A program made the translations under genes and the position numbers. Under the pieces are notes generated by a model. The model had not been told where the DNA came from. It worked only from the letters and a program-made list of their open reading frames with translations, and made no database searches. A stretch of DNA of 63,958 nt, counting the filler, from Licmophora abbreviata (lineage: Eukaryota), in NCBI GenBank assembly GCA_900291995.1. It is 16 parts of 16 records of this genome, joined end to end, with 100 filler letters (N's around TTAATTAATTAA, not from the genome) between each part and the next. Parts side by side here need not be neighbours in the genome. Positions count along the whole stretch, not along the records: positions 43,652 to 55,574 come from OLMU01000422.1; positions 55,675 to 58,539 come from OLMU01000423.1; positions 58,640 to 61,361 come from OLMU01000424.1; 13 more parts are not named here. One strand, written 5' to 3'. Every line of letters begins with the position of its first letter. Position 1 is the stretch's first letter. This document shows, piece after piece, positions 48,861-59,769 of the stretch.

Positions 48861-50142
48861 ATGAATATTCCGAGGGAAAGAGATGATGAGAAGGAGCGGA
48901 GGCAACGGAATTCATTGTTTCGTTCGCGGTTTGGACTGCCTGTTGGTAGTTGCAACTCATCGGTAGCAGCATGGTTTGTTTTGGGATTTCTTCTGGACTC
49001 CACTGACCTTACCACATGGGGGACAACAACGAAGCCGTCCGTGGCTGCTGGTACAAACGAGAGTGTTTCCTTTTCCTTCGATCAGCACAAGAACGACGAG
49101 GTCGAAGGTTCGATGAGCCACTCATGTGCCGGAACAGAAGTGCACTGGAGTATGAACCTATCGGAAAGCTTATGTCATCCAAGAAACAAGGCGACCATGG
49201 CAAGTGGCGACGGAAGTTTCTCGCTGCGCTTCAGAATAACCTCCCACGGAAAGTCTCATCGTGAATGGATACAAGCCACGCGGCGATCTTGACAATACCG
49301 TCCCTTATTCCCTCCGACTCTTCGACTGGTTCATACTGAGGCCTTCGATCGAGAACAAAACAGATGATCCGAATCCCCAATCTATATTTTGCGATGTTCT
49401 GATGATAGAGGAATGCTGGAATCTGGTTCAGAAACTGCCTCCTCTTGATGCCAGTGGAACCCGAGTGATTGCGTTTGGCGATCATGACCGTCCCTGGTTG
49501 ACCAAGTGGGAAGAGAGGGCCATAAGCTTCCGAGATAGCAGACAAATCTCCAAGGTATTGGCCGTGAGCAAAGACAAGCGCATTCCCGGTGTTTACGCTC
49601 TACCCATAGGCCTCAATACGCTATACATTCAAAACCTGTATGGACCTGAAGGACTCTTGGAGGCTACGCGGACCGCATCGCTCGATTCCAAAACAAAATC
49701 GGTTCTCGCTGCGTGGGGTGCGAGATTCGAGCGGTTGGACGATCTGCTCATGTCGCGCCAGCAAGCGAAGGCACTGTTCACGAATGAGAGTTGCGTGGCT
49801 CCTCGTGTTATGCTGAACAAAAAGGAGTACTTGAGGGAAATGTCAAAGTATCGTTTCATGATTTCCCCAACAGGGAATGGTATTTTTTCACCAAAAACGA
49901 TGGAGGCCTTACTCGTGCTAACAATACCAATCCTACAGCGCGAACCTGATGGTGGGGCTTGGGAAGATCTACGTGATGAGTACGGCTGGCCAGTAGTGAT
50001 TGTGGATAAATGGGAAGAAGTGAATGCTGCCAACTTGACCCGGTGGTGGAAGGAACTCGCACCGACACTTCACCAGGGCCGAATGAAGCTACTGGCTGAC
50101 CCTTGGTTCGACACAGTTATGAGAACCCCCTCTAGTAGTTAG
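48861..50142 (+). CDS. Exostosin/RXYLT1(TMEM5)-like glycosyltransferase with weak N-terminal anchor; one or two frameshifts at about 49135-49260
   Basis: ALPIGLN; YLREMSKYRFMISPTGNG..KTMEALLVLTIPIL..WPVVIVDKWEEV resembles the exostosin C-terminal pattern; hydrophobic SVAAWFVLGFLL in the upstream ORF. Confidence 0.65.
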
Positions 50143-50360
50143 TATAATAGTACTCTCCTAGCTGGTTACTAGGTACTTGTTCTGCTTCGCGTGTTGGATC
50201 TACTTCCTCACTCAGATTTGAAGTCGCGGAAGTGCTCTTGTCCAACCGCACATGGTACCGGTGCCACAAAAGGTAGAAGACGATACGGTCATACACCGAT
50301 TCAATCGGGCCGGAGAATGTCACACAGCGCCTAAGCCAGAATCGTCTTCTTTCGAGTCAA

Positions 50361-50603
50361 TCAAAGGAGAAGACTCGGTCCCCTCTCCCAGTTTTGCTCG
50401 CTTCTTGGCCTCGCGGTGTGCTTTTCGCTTCTGTTTCCGAAACGCGAGTCGTTCATCGTACTGTGGTTTCTTCTTGGTAGCTTCCTTGATTTCTCGCGAA
50501 TGCTGGCAACTTTCTCAGCACTCTCGGGTCCGTTCTTCCATGCTGCCTTCCGATATTCACCTGTTTCGACTCGTCGTAATAGTAGCAACTCGTGGACCTT
50601 CTT
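50361..50603 (-). pseudogene. Degenerate duplicate of the TRM11 3' end (paralog of about 55707-55910)
   Basis: EYRKAAWKNGPESAEKVASIREK vs EYEKATWKNGPESAEKVANIREK; clear DNA similarity with indels; rest of the gene absent. Confidence 0.92.
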
Positions 50604-50638
50604 GTTCGGTCCCTTGGTGTATGCGTGCTACAGGGAGC

Positions 50639-50734
50639 AACAGCCTCGCTGGCACGTTTCCCGAACAAGTGGCGGCTTTACCGCTTCTGAAAGCTATCGA
50701 TCTGTCCATCAACGATATTGGTGGACCTCCTCCC
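50639..50734 (+). pseudogene. Orphan leucine-rich-repeat exon fragment
   Basis: NSLAGTFPEQVAALPLLKAIDLSINDIGGPPP matches the plant-type LRR consensus NxLxGxIP..L..LxxLDLSxNxLxGxIP; preceded by ctacag; no full gene around it. Confidence 0.65.
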
Positions 50735-51141
50735 AGGGCCCTGGCACTTCCAGTGTATTGAGTTTAATGTGAAACACCCGCCAAAACGCAAACAAGATGC
50801 CACCCGCGCCGGCCGCTGAAAGATATGTCTTATTTGTGTCCTTGCTTCCATAAATATTGTGTCGTTTTCAACTCATCATCAGAACCATAATCAGTGACGT
50901 GCGAAGTGCGTCCGTATACTTTGTATCATGCCTGGTATCCCTGATGGCAATACGTAGTTGCTTAGAAGTTGCGACTTTCATTTATTTCCACAAGTACCAG
51001 GGTACTCCTTCCGTTGAAACTGTGTCCTCTCTCTCTTGTCACGGCATTCTTCCAGTCTATTTCTTATTCTAGTAGCTGGCAGCTACTTCAGAGGTCTTCA
51101 CATTTTCCAATATTTCGCTTCGACATAGCATAATCCGTACG

Positions 51142-52646
51142 ATGCAGCAACGCAAGAGTTGGGGGGTCACGGAACAAACACCAACCTCGACTCCCACGAG
51201 TGCACACAACAATAAGTCGTTACTACCAGCACAGCAGCCATCACACGAGCAGCCCAAGGAACGCAATTGTCATCATCGTTGGCGCAATGCCTGGACCCGA
51301 CTAACTGTGGTGCCAACAGTGTGGCCGTTGCGAATCGTATTCGGAGTACTCTTGGCCACCGTGTCTTTGTATTACTCCATTTCCATACATCATACCAGCC
51401 ATCGAGCACTGCTAACAATTTGAGTAGGTTGACCGAGACTGCCGCGAGAATGAACGAGCGCCCAAAACCCCGTGTCATGGGATATTACTTTGGGGGAGTC
51501 AGTGCAGAGCGACTGTCGGGCTCGAACGTTACCGCTAGATATACCGACCGAACAATTACAGTTTCAAAAGATGAGCTAGAGGGCCAAGAGCGTCTGCAAA
51601 ATTCAGAGGACTATCAGAGCCACTTTGTCCTGACACCCGTGGATGAGGAGGGTGGAGATTGCAAGGCACAGTATGAATGGCAAAAGCAGTCTTTTCCAAC
51701 ATGCAACATACTACACGAGCAAGACTTGACACATCTCCAACCCGAACACAGCGGGCCGGTGCCAGTACGTCTTTTGGCAAATGGATTCTGGAGAGAAGTA
51801 TGGATGGTACTGGGCGCTAGTAGCATGGGCATACAACAACCCAAGTATGCTCTCAAGACACTTCGATTGGGGCGGTTTGAAAATGTCTTTGCTCCACACA
51901 CGTATGAGCGGCAGCGCCGAGATGCAGTCGCTATGGAACGGCTGAGTCGTTCCCCCTCTATACTCGATATTCATGCGTTCTGTGGCACCTCTGCTATAAA
52001 TGAGTTTGCACCTACTGGTACTCTTGAAGACTATCTCTGGTGGAGAAAGAAGCGAGACGTGACTCTTCATGAAATACTCGTGGCATCTTATCAAGTTGCA
52101 CGAGCAATAGCCGACGTACACAACCTGGGAGAGGACACTCGTCCCGCTGCCATTGTGCACAAGGACATTATGATGAATCAGTTTGTACTCGTGGATGGAC
52201 AATTCAAGCTGAACGATTTCAATCTCTGTCGTTTCCTCGCATGGAATGGCAAAACAAACGAAACATGTGGCTTTCACACTGATTCGAACCAGGGACAGCT
52301 TCGGTCTCCAGAAGAGTACATGTACGAACTGGAAACTGAAAAGGTAGATGTATACAGCATGGGAAATATATTCTACTCTCTACTGACGAACAAGTGGCCG
52401 TTTAGCAACGAAACGCTAGAGGATACAAGTTTACTTGTAATGCAAGGAAAAAGGCCACCGATCCCGGACGAATTGAAGACGAGTGCCGACCCAGTCCATC
52501 GTTCGCTGCTGCATGTGATTGAAAGATGCTGGCAACAGATCCCAAAGGAACGAGCCACATCCAAGGAAATTGCTGCCTACCTGCGAAATCACGCAGAGAA
52601 GGCAGGGCCATTGCCCGAATCGTCCGTATTTTACATTAAGGACTAA
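51142..52646 (+). CDS. Type II membrane atypical kinase (PKDCC/POMK-like); frameshift at about 51375-51420
   Basis: TM IVFGVLLATVSLYYSI in ORF 51142; C..YEWQKQSFPTCNILHE, LANGFWREVW, ALK, IVHKDIMMNQFVLV, KLNDFN, RSPEEY in ORF 51267. Confidence 0.82.
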
Positions 52647-52731
52647 TACCAGGTACTAACTGTTCAGAGCTTCGACTTCCGTCGTGTTCATCATACACAG
52701 ATCAATTTCTAATATAGTTTGAATCAAAATT

Positions 52732-54600
52732 CTAAACATCTAAGATACGAACATTGCTGGTTCTCTTGCGAGTCTCTGATGATGTCTCGAAAGACTGCGA
52801 GAGAAGTTCGACAGTGAGCTCATCATCCTCGGAAGAAAACGAATCTTCTTCCGTGGAATATCCAATGCTGCTACCAATCTTCTCGTCTGGCTGGTAGAGC
52901 GTCTTCGGGGCAGTAATATACGCAATGGACTGGTGAAAAAGCGCGTGGTAGGCTTGTTTCCAGATGGCGCAAGAGTAAAACAGGAAGGAGGCCAGAGGAC
53001 TGAGGAAGGGATAGGCAACAAGTAGCAAAAGTTGACGCCACATGGCCATGTGCATGTAGTGCTTGCGATGAGACAAGATGACCTGTCGCATTACCATGTC
53101 ACGGATGATGGCCCGGATGGCAGTGTAGACGTAGTGCGCAAGCTGAAAGCCTAGAAACAAGCGAACAGACGACAGGGCAAAGAGCTTCCAAACCTGTGGG
53201 AACAGCAGGACCACCCAGCTGGGCACAGCTCCTGGCATATCCAAAGACAAAATGAACTGCACAAGATTCAACCAGGTACGTAGTCGAATCACTGGAAACA
53301 AGGAAAATGTCCATGGAATGAGTTCGATGCACCACATGTGACGCTTGGCTTGAACCCAGCGATCGCTCATGGAGCACACCGAATCGTTGAGAATGATGGA
53401 CCAGACGCGAACAAAGGTCGCCGAGCCTTCTCCGGTAAAGCACATGGCCTTCATGTTGACACCAACGTCCTCTGCGATGACACCGGGATCCCAGTAGTTG
53501 ATTTGATGGGCGAATCCCAGCGTCAGAGCGTAGTTGGAGAAGGCAATGGGCGGGTCTCTTTTCCAAAAGAGTCGATAGTTGCATCGGTTGATCTCGACCA
53601 GCTGCACAAGAAGATTGCAGAGAGGTGTGTTGCGATACGTGTTGACAGGAGTCTCATAGATGCAACGACGCCCATCCGGCTGACGACAGAACTCGGCCTC
53701 GAGCTGTTCGAGAAATACCGAGTCAAAAATGCTGTCAGCATCACAGACGGTAACCATGACATTGAAGTGGTCCAAGCCCTTCTCCATGGCGTACTGGTAG
53801 AGCTCTCGCACTGCATAGTTCTCGTTGGATCCCTTTCCAGCAACCTCTCCAGGCTGAAGAATGTGGCTGGTCATAATAAAGTCTTGAAAGCTATGACCAT
53901 ACTTGTCGATGAGGAGTCTGAACTTTTCGTGCGCCGACTCGTCGCGTTCTTCACACGCAAAGACGACAACGCAAGACTTGGAGAGCGTTGTTTCCGCAAG
54001 GCTCTCTACGCAGGCTTCGAGCACATCCAGTGGTTCCTTGTACTGACACAACACGACGGCATGAGTGAGGCGGGGAATATCTGCCGGAAGTTGGACCCTC
54101 TGGAGTCCTTGCTTCAACATTTTCATCGTGCATGCGTCGAGGAGGAAGTCAACGATCACCCGGAAGATCAAGATAGAGGCAATCAAGATAGAAGCTAAGT
54201 GCTGGTACGGTACCAGGCGCTCTGAAGTCTGTTCAAGGGTTTCGGATAGGGCTGGAAAGATCACAGTAGCCGTCAAAACAGTGAGAATCAAGTGCCCCAA
54301 AGGCAGGGCAATAACCCACTTGATAAATGAACGACTGCCGTCAATACTAGGAAGAGTGAGACGTCCTCGAGAGTACTTGGCTTGAAACAAACGGTCAATG
54401 AAGCTTGCAAGAGGCTTGGCAGAGGTTGAGGAAGACTTATCAGAAGAAAGGTTGTCGGGAAGAGAAATATCCTGCTTTAGGTCTTTCACTACAAATGACG
54501 GGTCGTCCCTCCCGAGTTTGCGTCGGCGGACTGCGCCTCCTGGAGACACTCCCGATCTCAGGTTGAGCGATCCTCTCGTGTCTTCACCACGACGCTGCAT
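52732..54600 (-). CDS. Multi-TM processive GT2-family glycosyltransferase
   Basis: YKEP, AGKGSN, VCDADS (DxD), VIAED, QAKRH (QxxRW-like); TM segments on both sides of the GT-A domain. Confidence 0.82.
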   Translation of the reverse strand: MQRRGEDTRGSLNLRSGVSPGGAVRRRKLGRDDPSFVVKDLKQDISLPDNLSSDKSSSTSAKPLASFIDRLFQAKYSRGRLTLPSIDGSRSFIKWVIALPLGHLILTVLTATVIFPALSETLEQTSERLVPYQHLASILIASILIFRVIVDFLLDACTMKMLKQGLQRVQLPADIPRLTHAVVLCQYKEPLDVLEACVESLAETTLSKSCVVVFACEERDESAHEKFRLLIDKYGHSFQDFIMTSHILQPGEVAGKGSNENYAVRELYQYAMEKGLDHFNVMVTVCDADSIFDSVFLEQLEAEFCRQPDGRRCIYETPVNTYRNTPLCNLLVQLVEINRCNYRLFWKRDPPIAFSNYALTLGFAHQINYWDPGVIAEDVGVNMKAMCFTGEGSATFVRVWSIILNDSVCSMSDRWVQAKRHMWCIELIPWTFSLFPVIRLRTWLNLVQFILSLDMPGAVPSWVVLLFPQVWKLFALSSVRLFLGFQLAHYVYTAIRAIIRDMVMRQVILSHRKHYMHMAMWRQLLLLVAYPFLSPLASFLFYSCAIWKQAYHALFHQSIAYITAPKTLYQPDEKIGSSIGYSTEEDSFSSEDDELTVELLSQSFETSSETRKRTSNVRILDV

Positions 54601-54679
54601 TTTGACATACGCGATCCGTTGGGTATGTTGAGGGGTAAATTATGAGAAGGCATGACGCAGTGTTAGCACCATATTCAAA

Positions 54680-54828
54680 AAGTTCAATCCATAAGTCACA
54701 AGCTGAGTGAGATGGCGCGGGTGAGTTAAGTTCAATCCAGATTTCACAAGCTGAGTGAGATGCCGCCGGTGAGTTAACCATTCCAGAATTCAGAAGTCAC
54801 AAGCTGAGTGAGATGGCACGAGTGAGTT
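54680..54828. repeat. Three-copy tandem repeat, period 48-53 bp
   Basis: Core TCACAAGCTGAGTGAGATG..GTGAGTT starting at 54696, 54744 and 54797. Confidence 0.92.
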
Positions 54829-55086
54829 TCAAAGTTGAATGAGTCAGTCGGTCATTATGTTTTCTGCGCACATTTACCGTGATATCATACATCAGCATAC
54901 TATACCACCGGAAAGCCGGGTGTTGTGACAAGTTGAAGTTAAAGGCGAAGAAAGTCTCTTGGGCGCGATGACTTTTGGGTGCGCGGCAGCAACCTTTTCC
55001 TCTCACGGCAACGCGGGTATTACCGTACCTGTTACTCTCAAGCGCTACTCATGACCTGTAACTACTACGATACGATAGGGTATCCC

Positions 55087-55315
55087 CGCCTTCAGTTTCC
55101 TAGATCGCGGCGGTGAAGGTTGCTCCTGCGTAAAAAAAGCTGGTACATGCATCACCGTCGAGCTGTTATTGTCGCTGCTGCAATCGCTGTCCATGCTGAC
55201 GTCGTCTTGCTTGAACAATCAATCGCCCGTCGGATATGACCAGCGACTAGAACGGGTCTCGGGAGTCGGTGCTTTCTCACGTAGAGAATAGTTAAGCCAA
55301 ACTGCGGCGAGTCTC
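55087..55315 (-). pseudogene. Degenerate duplicate of the ORC5 5' end and upstream region (paralog of about 48476-48697)
   Basis: Translates as MDSDCSSDNNSSTVMHVPAFFTQEQPS vs ORC5 MDSDHSCDSATMHVPDFFTQERPS; shared DNA blocks cgccttcagtttcct, atcgctgtccat, cgggtctcggga. Confidence 0.85.
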
Positions 55316-55674
55316 TGCTGTCTCCTGCTAAAAGGGCTCCTTGGTCCTGATTGGCTGATTGGTCGCCATCAATTCAAAAGTAGGGTCTCTCGCGCAGCGC
55401 ACGGGCTCAAAGCCTTCGACTTCGACATATGAAGCTGAGCATCTACTAGCACGAAATAGTACCCACCATATCTAATGAATGTCGTATCACACACCTGCAC
55501 GGATGTGAATCAATCCAAGCGCGATACATTCGCAGAGGGCTACTAGCTCTAGGCTATGTAAGCTTCAAGCCAGCNNNNNNNNNNNNNNNNNNNNNNNNNN
55601 NNNNNNNNNNNNNNNNNNTTAATTAATTAANNNNNNNNNNNNNNNNNNNNNNNNNNNNNNNNNNNNNNNNNNNN

Positions 55675-57320
55675 ATCGTAGGAGGAGACCCAACCTTCTG
55701 TTCCACTTTTGCTCGCTTCTTGGCCTCGCGTTGCGCCTTTCGCTTCTGCTTCCGAAACGCCAGACGTTCCTCGTACTGTGGTTTCTTCTTGGCAGCTTCG
55801 TTTATTTTCTCGCGAATGTTCGCCACTTTCTCAGCACTCTCGGGACCGTTCTTCCATGTTGCCTTTTCATATTCACTCTGCTTTGACTCGTCATACTCGT
55901 GCACCTTCTTCAGTGCCACCATACGCCGTCCAAGGTCGGTTGTCTGCAATGGCTGGTAGCAGACGTGTACTATCTCGAGGCACTCGTGGTGTGGCAAGTC
56001 TGACGAGACGTCGAAGTCTGAGAAAGACGGGATGATGTACACAAGTCTTCCGCCCATGACCAGAGTACGAGCCGCCACGTCCAGTAGATCAGCCATGACA
56101 TCAGACACGGGATACGGTCTTGTCTGCGCAATGTGGTCGTGTCGATGCTCCTCCAACACTCGTCGCGGCTCGTCCAGTCGGGACCCTGACTTTCGAGCTC
56201 CAGCACGGATCCCGTAGGGAGGGTCGGTGACAATAGCGTCGTAGAGGGGCGAATGAGATCGATAGTGACGCGGGTAGATTGCATTGTCGCTGCGAATCAG
56301 ATCTGGTCGCGGCAGATTCTGTTGTCTAAAGTTGCTCAGCACATTCTCTTCTTGACTTCGTCCTCTGAGAACACGAATGTCGATATCTGTTCCCACGCAA
56401 TACGCACCCCGAAGCGCGCAGGACAGCAATATGGACCCTGTTCCGACGAACGGATCAAATACAACGGTTCCTTTTCCCACTTGAGCAAGATTGGACATGA
56501 TAAAGGAGAGCTCAGCGTCCATGGACGTGGGTCCCAAGTAGCGTCGCTTCTTGAGGCTATATTCGTCTACTCCACCTCGTCCCTTGAGATTACGGCTGCC
56601 ACCAAGCACCCTTCCAAAGTAAACTCCCAAAGGCGGTCGCGCGTCATTTTCTGGTATCAGCACCTTTTCGTCCTTCGTTCCTACTCCATGACGAGGATAG
56701 AGAGGACTACCGCGCGGATCCAACTGGACTTCCCGAATCAGTATCAAGTTATTCCATGGATCTTTCATTCTCACTGGTCCTTCAAGGTCCAAGAAGGAAA
56801 ATTGCTGTCTCATGGCATCCTGTTCCTCTCGAGTATACTTGGACCCGAGAGTGTGTACCGTGATCTTCCAGCTGTGTGTCGGCTTTGATCGCTTGGCAAA
56901 GACATGACGACCCACTGTATCCTCTTTCACCCACTGGTTCACATCTGAGACACACGATCCGATGGATGTGCCCCGTCCCCACAGCTCCAAGACACTTCTC
57001 ACCAAAGTACATCGACCGAAGATTCGTCTGATACTCCTCCGCTCGTTCTCGTCGTCGTCGTCGTCGCCGAGCTGAAACAGTGTCCCTCGAGCCTCCGGTG
57101 GAAACGACAGTATACAGAATGGACGCACAGTACCATCATTGTGATCAAACTGGTTGGGGAGCGGAATAAATTTGCAGCAACCATCATTGTTGCTGTCGTC
57201 CAAGACGATGCCGCTCATCTCCAGGACAGAACAGAGCTCCGCGCGTTGAAAATCCGCATGACGCACTGCGAATTCTACCAACAGATTGTAGCGATTTTTG
57301 GGAATGCTCAGCGTTGACAT
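55675..57320 (-). CDS. TRM11: tRNA (guanine-10-N2)-methyltransferase Trm11; stop codon in gap
   Basis: YSLKKRRYLGPTSMDAELSFIMSN, VFDPFVGTGSIL, DAIVTDPPYGIRAG, LLDVAARTLVMGGRLV. Confidence 0.93.
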
Positions 57321-57585
57321 GGTTTTACTAGGGATTGATTCTAATAGTTTCCAGGGGAACGCTTCGCAGTCGGTCAAGCGATCTTCAGCAGAGCCTCATG
57401 GTCTAGCTTCAATTATCGTCGGGGGCGTCGGCGTCTAACTTCCTGGCCGCCAACCGTCAAAGCTTTTACCACACAAGTCTGTTGCTCTCGCATTCGCATT
57501 TCCATCGCGACGATGTGTGCACTATACATAGTCTAGCGCCTATCCTTGAGAACTGGCGCTCTCAGCGTGATTGCGTATCCCTCAA

Positions 57586-59575
57586 ATGACATCAGTTTCC
57601 GGTCAGAAAGGCAAACTGGTAGGCAGAAGGATAGCAGCAGCCCTGGTGTGGCTACACGCTTCTTTTGTCAATGGCAAACTTGGGGCCGATGGCGGAGCCT
57701 TTGTCGGGTCTCGACGGCTCATCAGTTTCCGCCCGCGGTGCTCGACCGTTCCTTGCCACCTTACCCCGTCAGAAAGAGACAATGAGTCGCTAGAGGCTGT
57801 TCAATCCATGGTGGAGTTTCATGACGGAAAATGGCAAGGCAGAGCGACTTCATTTACGGTCTCTGCCGATGTGGCTGCTGGTATCCTCCGACGCAAGGAG
57901 TCCCCGGAGTATCGCTCATCCGTGAAGCTAGGCATGTCAGACAGTAGAGAACTAAGCGTGTTTGAAACCTTTGAATGGGACGACAAGATATCGTCACGCT
58001 CAACGTCGTTGATTCAGTCCAATTTTGATGTCGACTCGGTGGACGCTTCCTATTCTCTCGACATGACACTCCCCAACCTACCTGCAGAACTCACTGGGAC
58101 CAACGCTCTACTTCAGTTTGGCATTGAACACTGCATCGCCGTCAGTGATGACGAACGGGTACGCTGCTTTGTCTTGTATGGAGTTGATCAGTCTTTGGCA
58201 CGTGTCGTCGTGTGTGACGAGCGAAAAGTAAGAGAGGACGACGGTGTGTCATCAAACTCAGGAGAGGATCTACTGGCCCTCGATAGCGATGTCGATCGTA
58301 TTGTAGACAAGATTGCAGGGCAAATTCAGGGAGAGGGATCATCGAAAAGTCCAGCGTCTCGCGATAGCAAGGGGTCTTCTGACGAGAATAAGTGGAGTCG
58401 ACTCCAAAGTTCCATGTCCTCAACGACGTCGAACAAAGGCGACGGCAACGACCTGGCACGCCATCCCATGAGCCTACTCGAGATCACATCTGGCATATGG
58501 TTGGGGGACAGCATCATTCGGGACATTCCTAGCGTAAGGNNNNNNNNNNNNNNNNNNNNNNNNNNNNNNNNNNNNNNNNNNNNTTAATTAATTAANNNNN
58601 NNNNNNNNNNNNNNNNNNNNNNNNNNNNNNNNNNNNNNNGTCGATCGTATTGTAGACAAGATTGCAGGGCAAATTCAGGGAGATGGATCATCGAAAAGTC
58701 CAGCGTCTCGCGATAGCAAAGGGTCTTCTGACGAGGATAAGTGGAGTCGACTCCAGAGTTCCATGTCCTCAACGACGTCGAACAAAGGCGACGGCAACGA
58801 CCTGGCACGCCATCCCATGAGCCTACTCGAGATCACATCTGGCATATGGTTGGGGGACAGCATCATTCGGGACATTCCTAGCGTAAGGGCAACGCCGTTC
58901 GGCACGGGGAGTGGTTTCGGCGACGGGCCCAAGAATGACAAGCAGGACACTCCAAGTGTGTCTGGCACGGGCAGGTCGCAGCTTGCAGGGTGGGAGTTGG
59001 GTGTTCAAAAGTCGGCATGGCAATGGATCTGGGACTTCGGTTCAGAAATTCGCCAGCAACATGATACTGGAAAAGTGATGGGATCTGAAATGGCCAAAGA
59101 GTTGTCCAAGTCGCTATCTGGGTCTGTGTGCGTCAACGAGAGTCTATCGAGAAGGATACCAAAAGAATCTCGAATGATCTATTTCGACTGGAACAACGGT
59201 GACTACGTCGGGTCTATTCTCGGATCTGTCTCGATTCAGGTATGATGGAACGGGGTGACAATAGACTGCATGCTGCCTGAGATGGCGGCTGCATGCTGAT
59301 GCGGCATCAAACCTTATTTTGACACTTCATTGTTGCTTCGCTCTGACGGCCAGGTACCTCGCTTCATCACATTCAATCGTGCCGCTACCAAGAATGTCAA
59401 GCCATTCTTTACCGAGGTTTGTGTGTTTCAGGCGTCTTCGGCGAGAGAAAACGAGCTACCAGACGTCTGCTGTTCGAAGATGGCTCGCGTCTACAACTTT
59501 GAAGGCAAGCTCAAGCAGGGATGTACCGCATTTTACACGCTCAATCGTTTCGGCGTGGAAGAAGATACACAATAG
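57586..59575 (+). CDS. Uncharacterised protein with targeting peptide and possible calycin-like (DUF3598-type) beta-barrels; crosses gap, one intron near 59241-59353
   Basis: Two similar motifs HDGKWQGRATSF and TSGIWLGDSII; hydrophobic N-terminus; CAG|gtatga and ccag|GTA splice sites. Confidence 0.55.
58291..58888 (+). repeat. Near-identical duplicate flanking a gap (58291-58539 vs 58640-58888); probably two alleles
   Basis: 249-bp overlap with four substitutions seen. Confidence 0.88.
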
Positions 59576-59769
59576 AACATCCAGTTTGATAGAAAAAACA
59601 TTGCTAGTGAGCTATACATACATACATACGCTTTGTCGATCGCGGAGAAGAATGGTCGAGTGAAAAATTGCGTCAGTTGCTCCATCGTCCGATGGGGCAA
59701 ACGCAAAAGAGTGCGTGGGGATTTACAAGGAGAGAAAAATCCTCAGAAAGCCAAAACCTCAAAACTGTA

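Noticed and set aside
54680..54828. CRISPR-like array
   Set aside because: Only three units, the inter-core segments are short and related to each other, there are no cas genes, and the context is eukaryotic.
48700..55574. Autonomous transposon or viral origin of the island
   Set aside because: No transposase, integrase, reverse transcriptase, capsid, LTR or TIR could be recognised.
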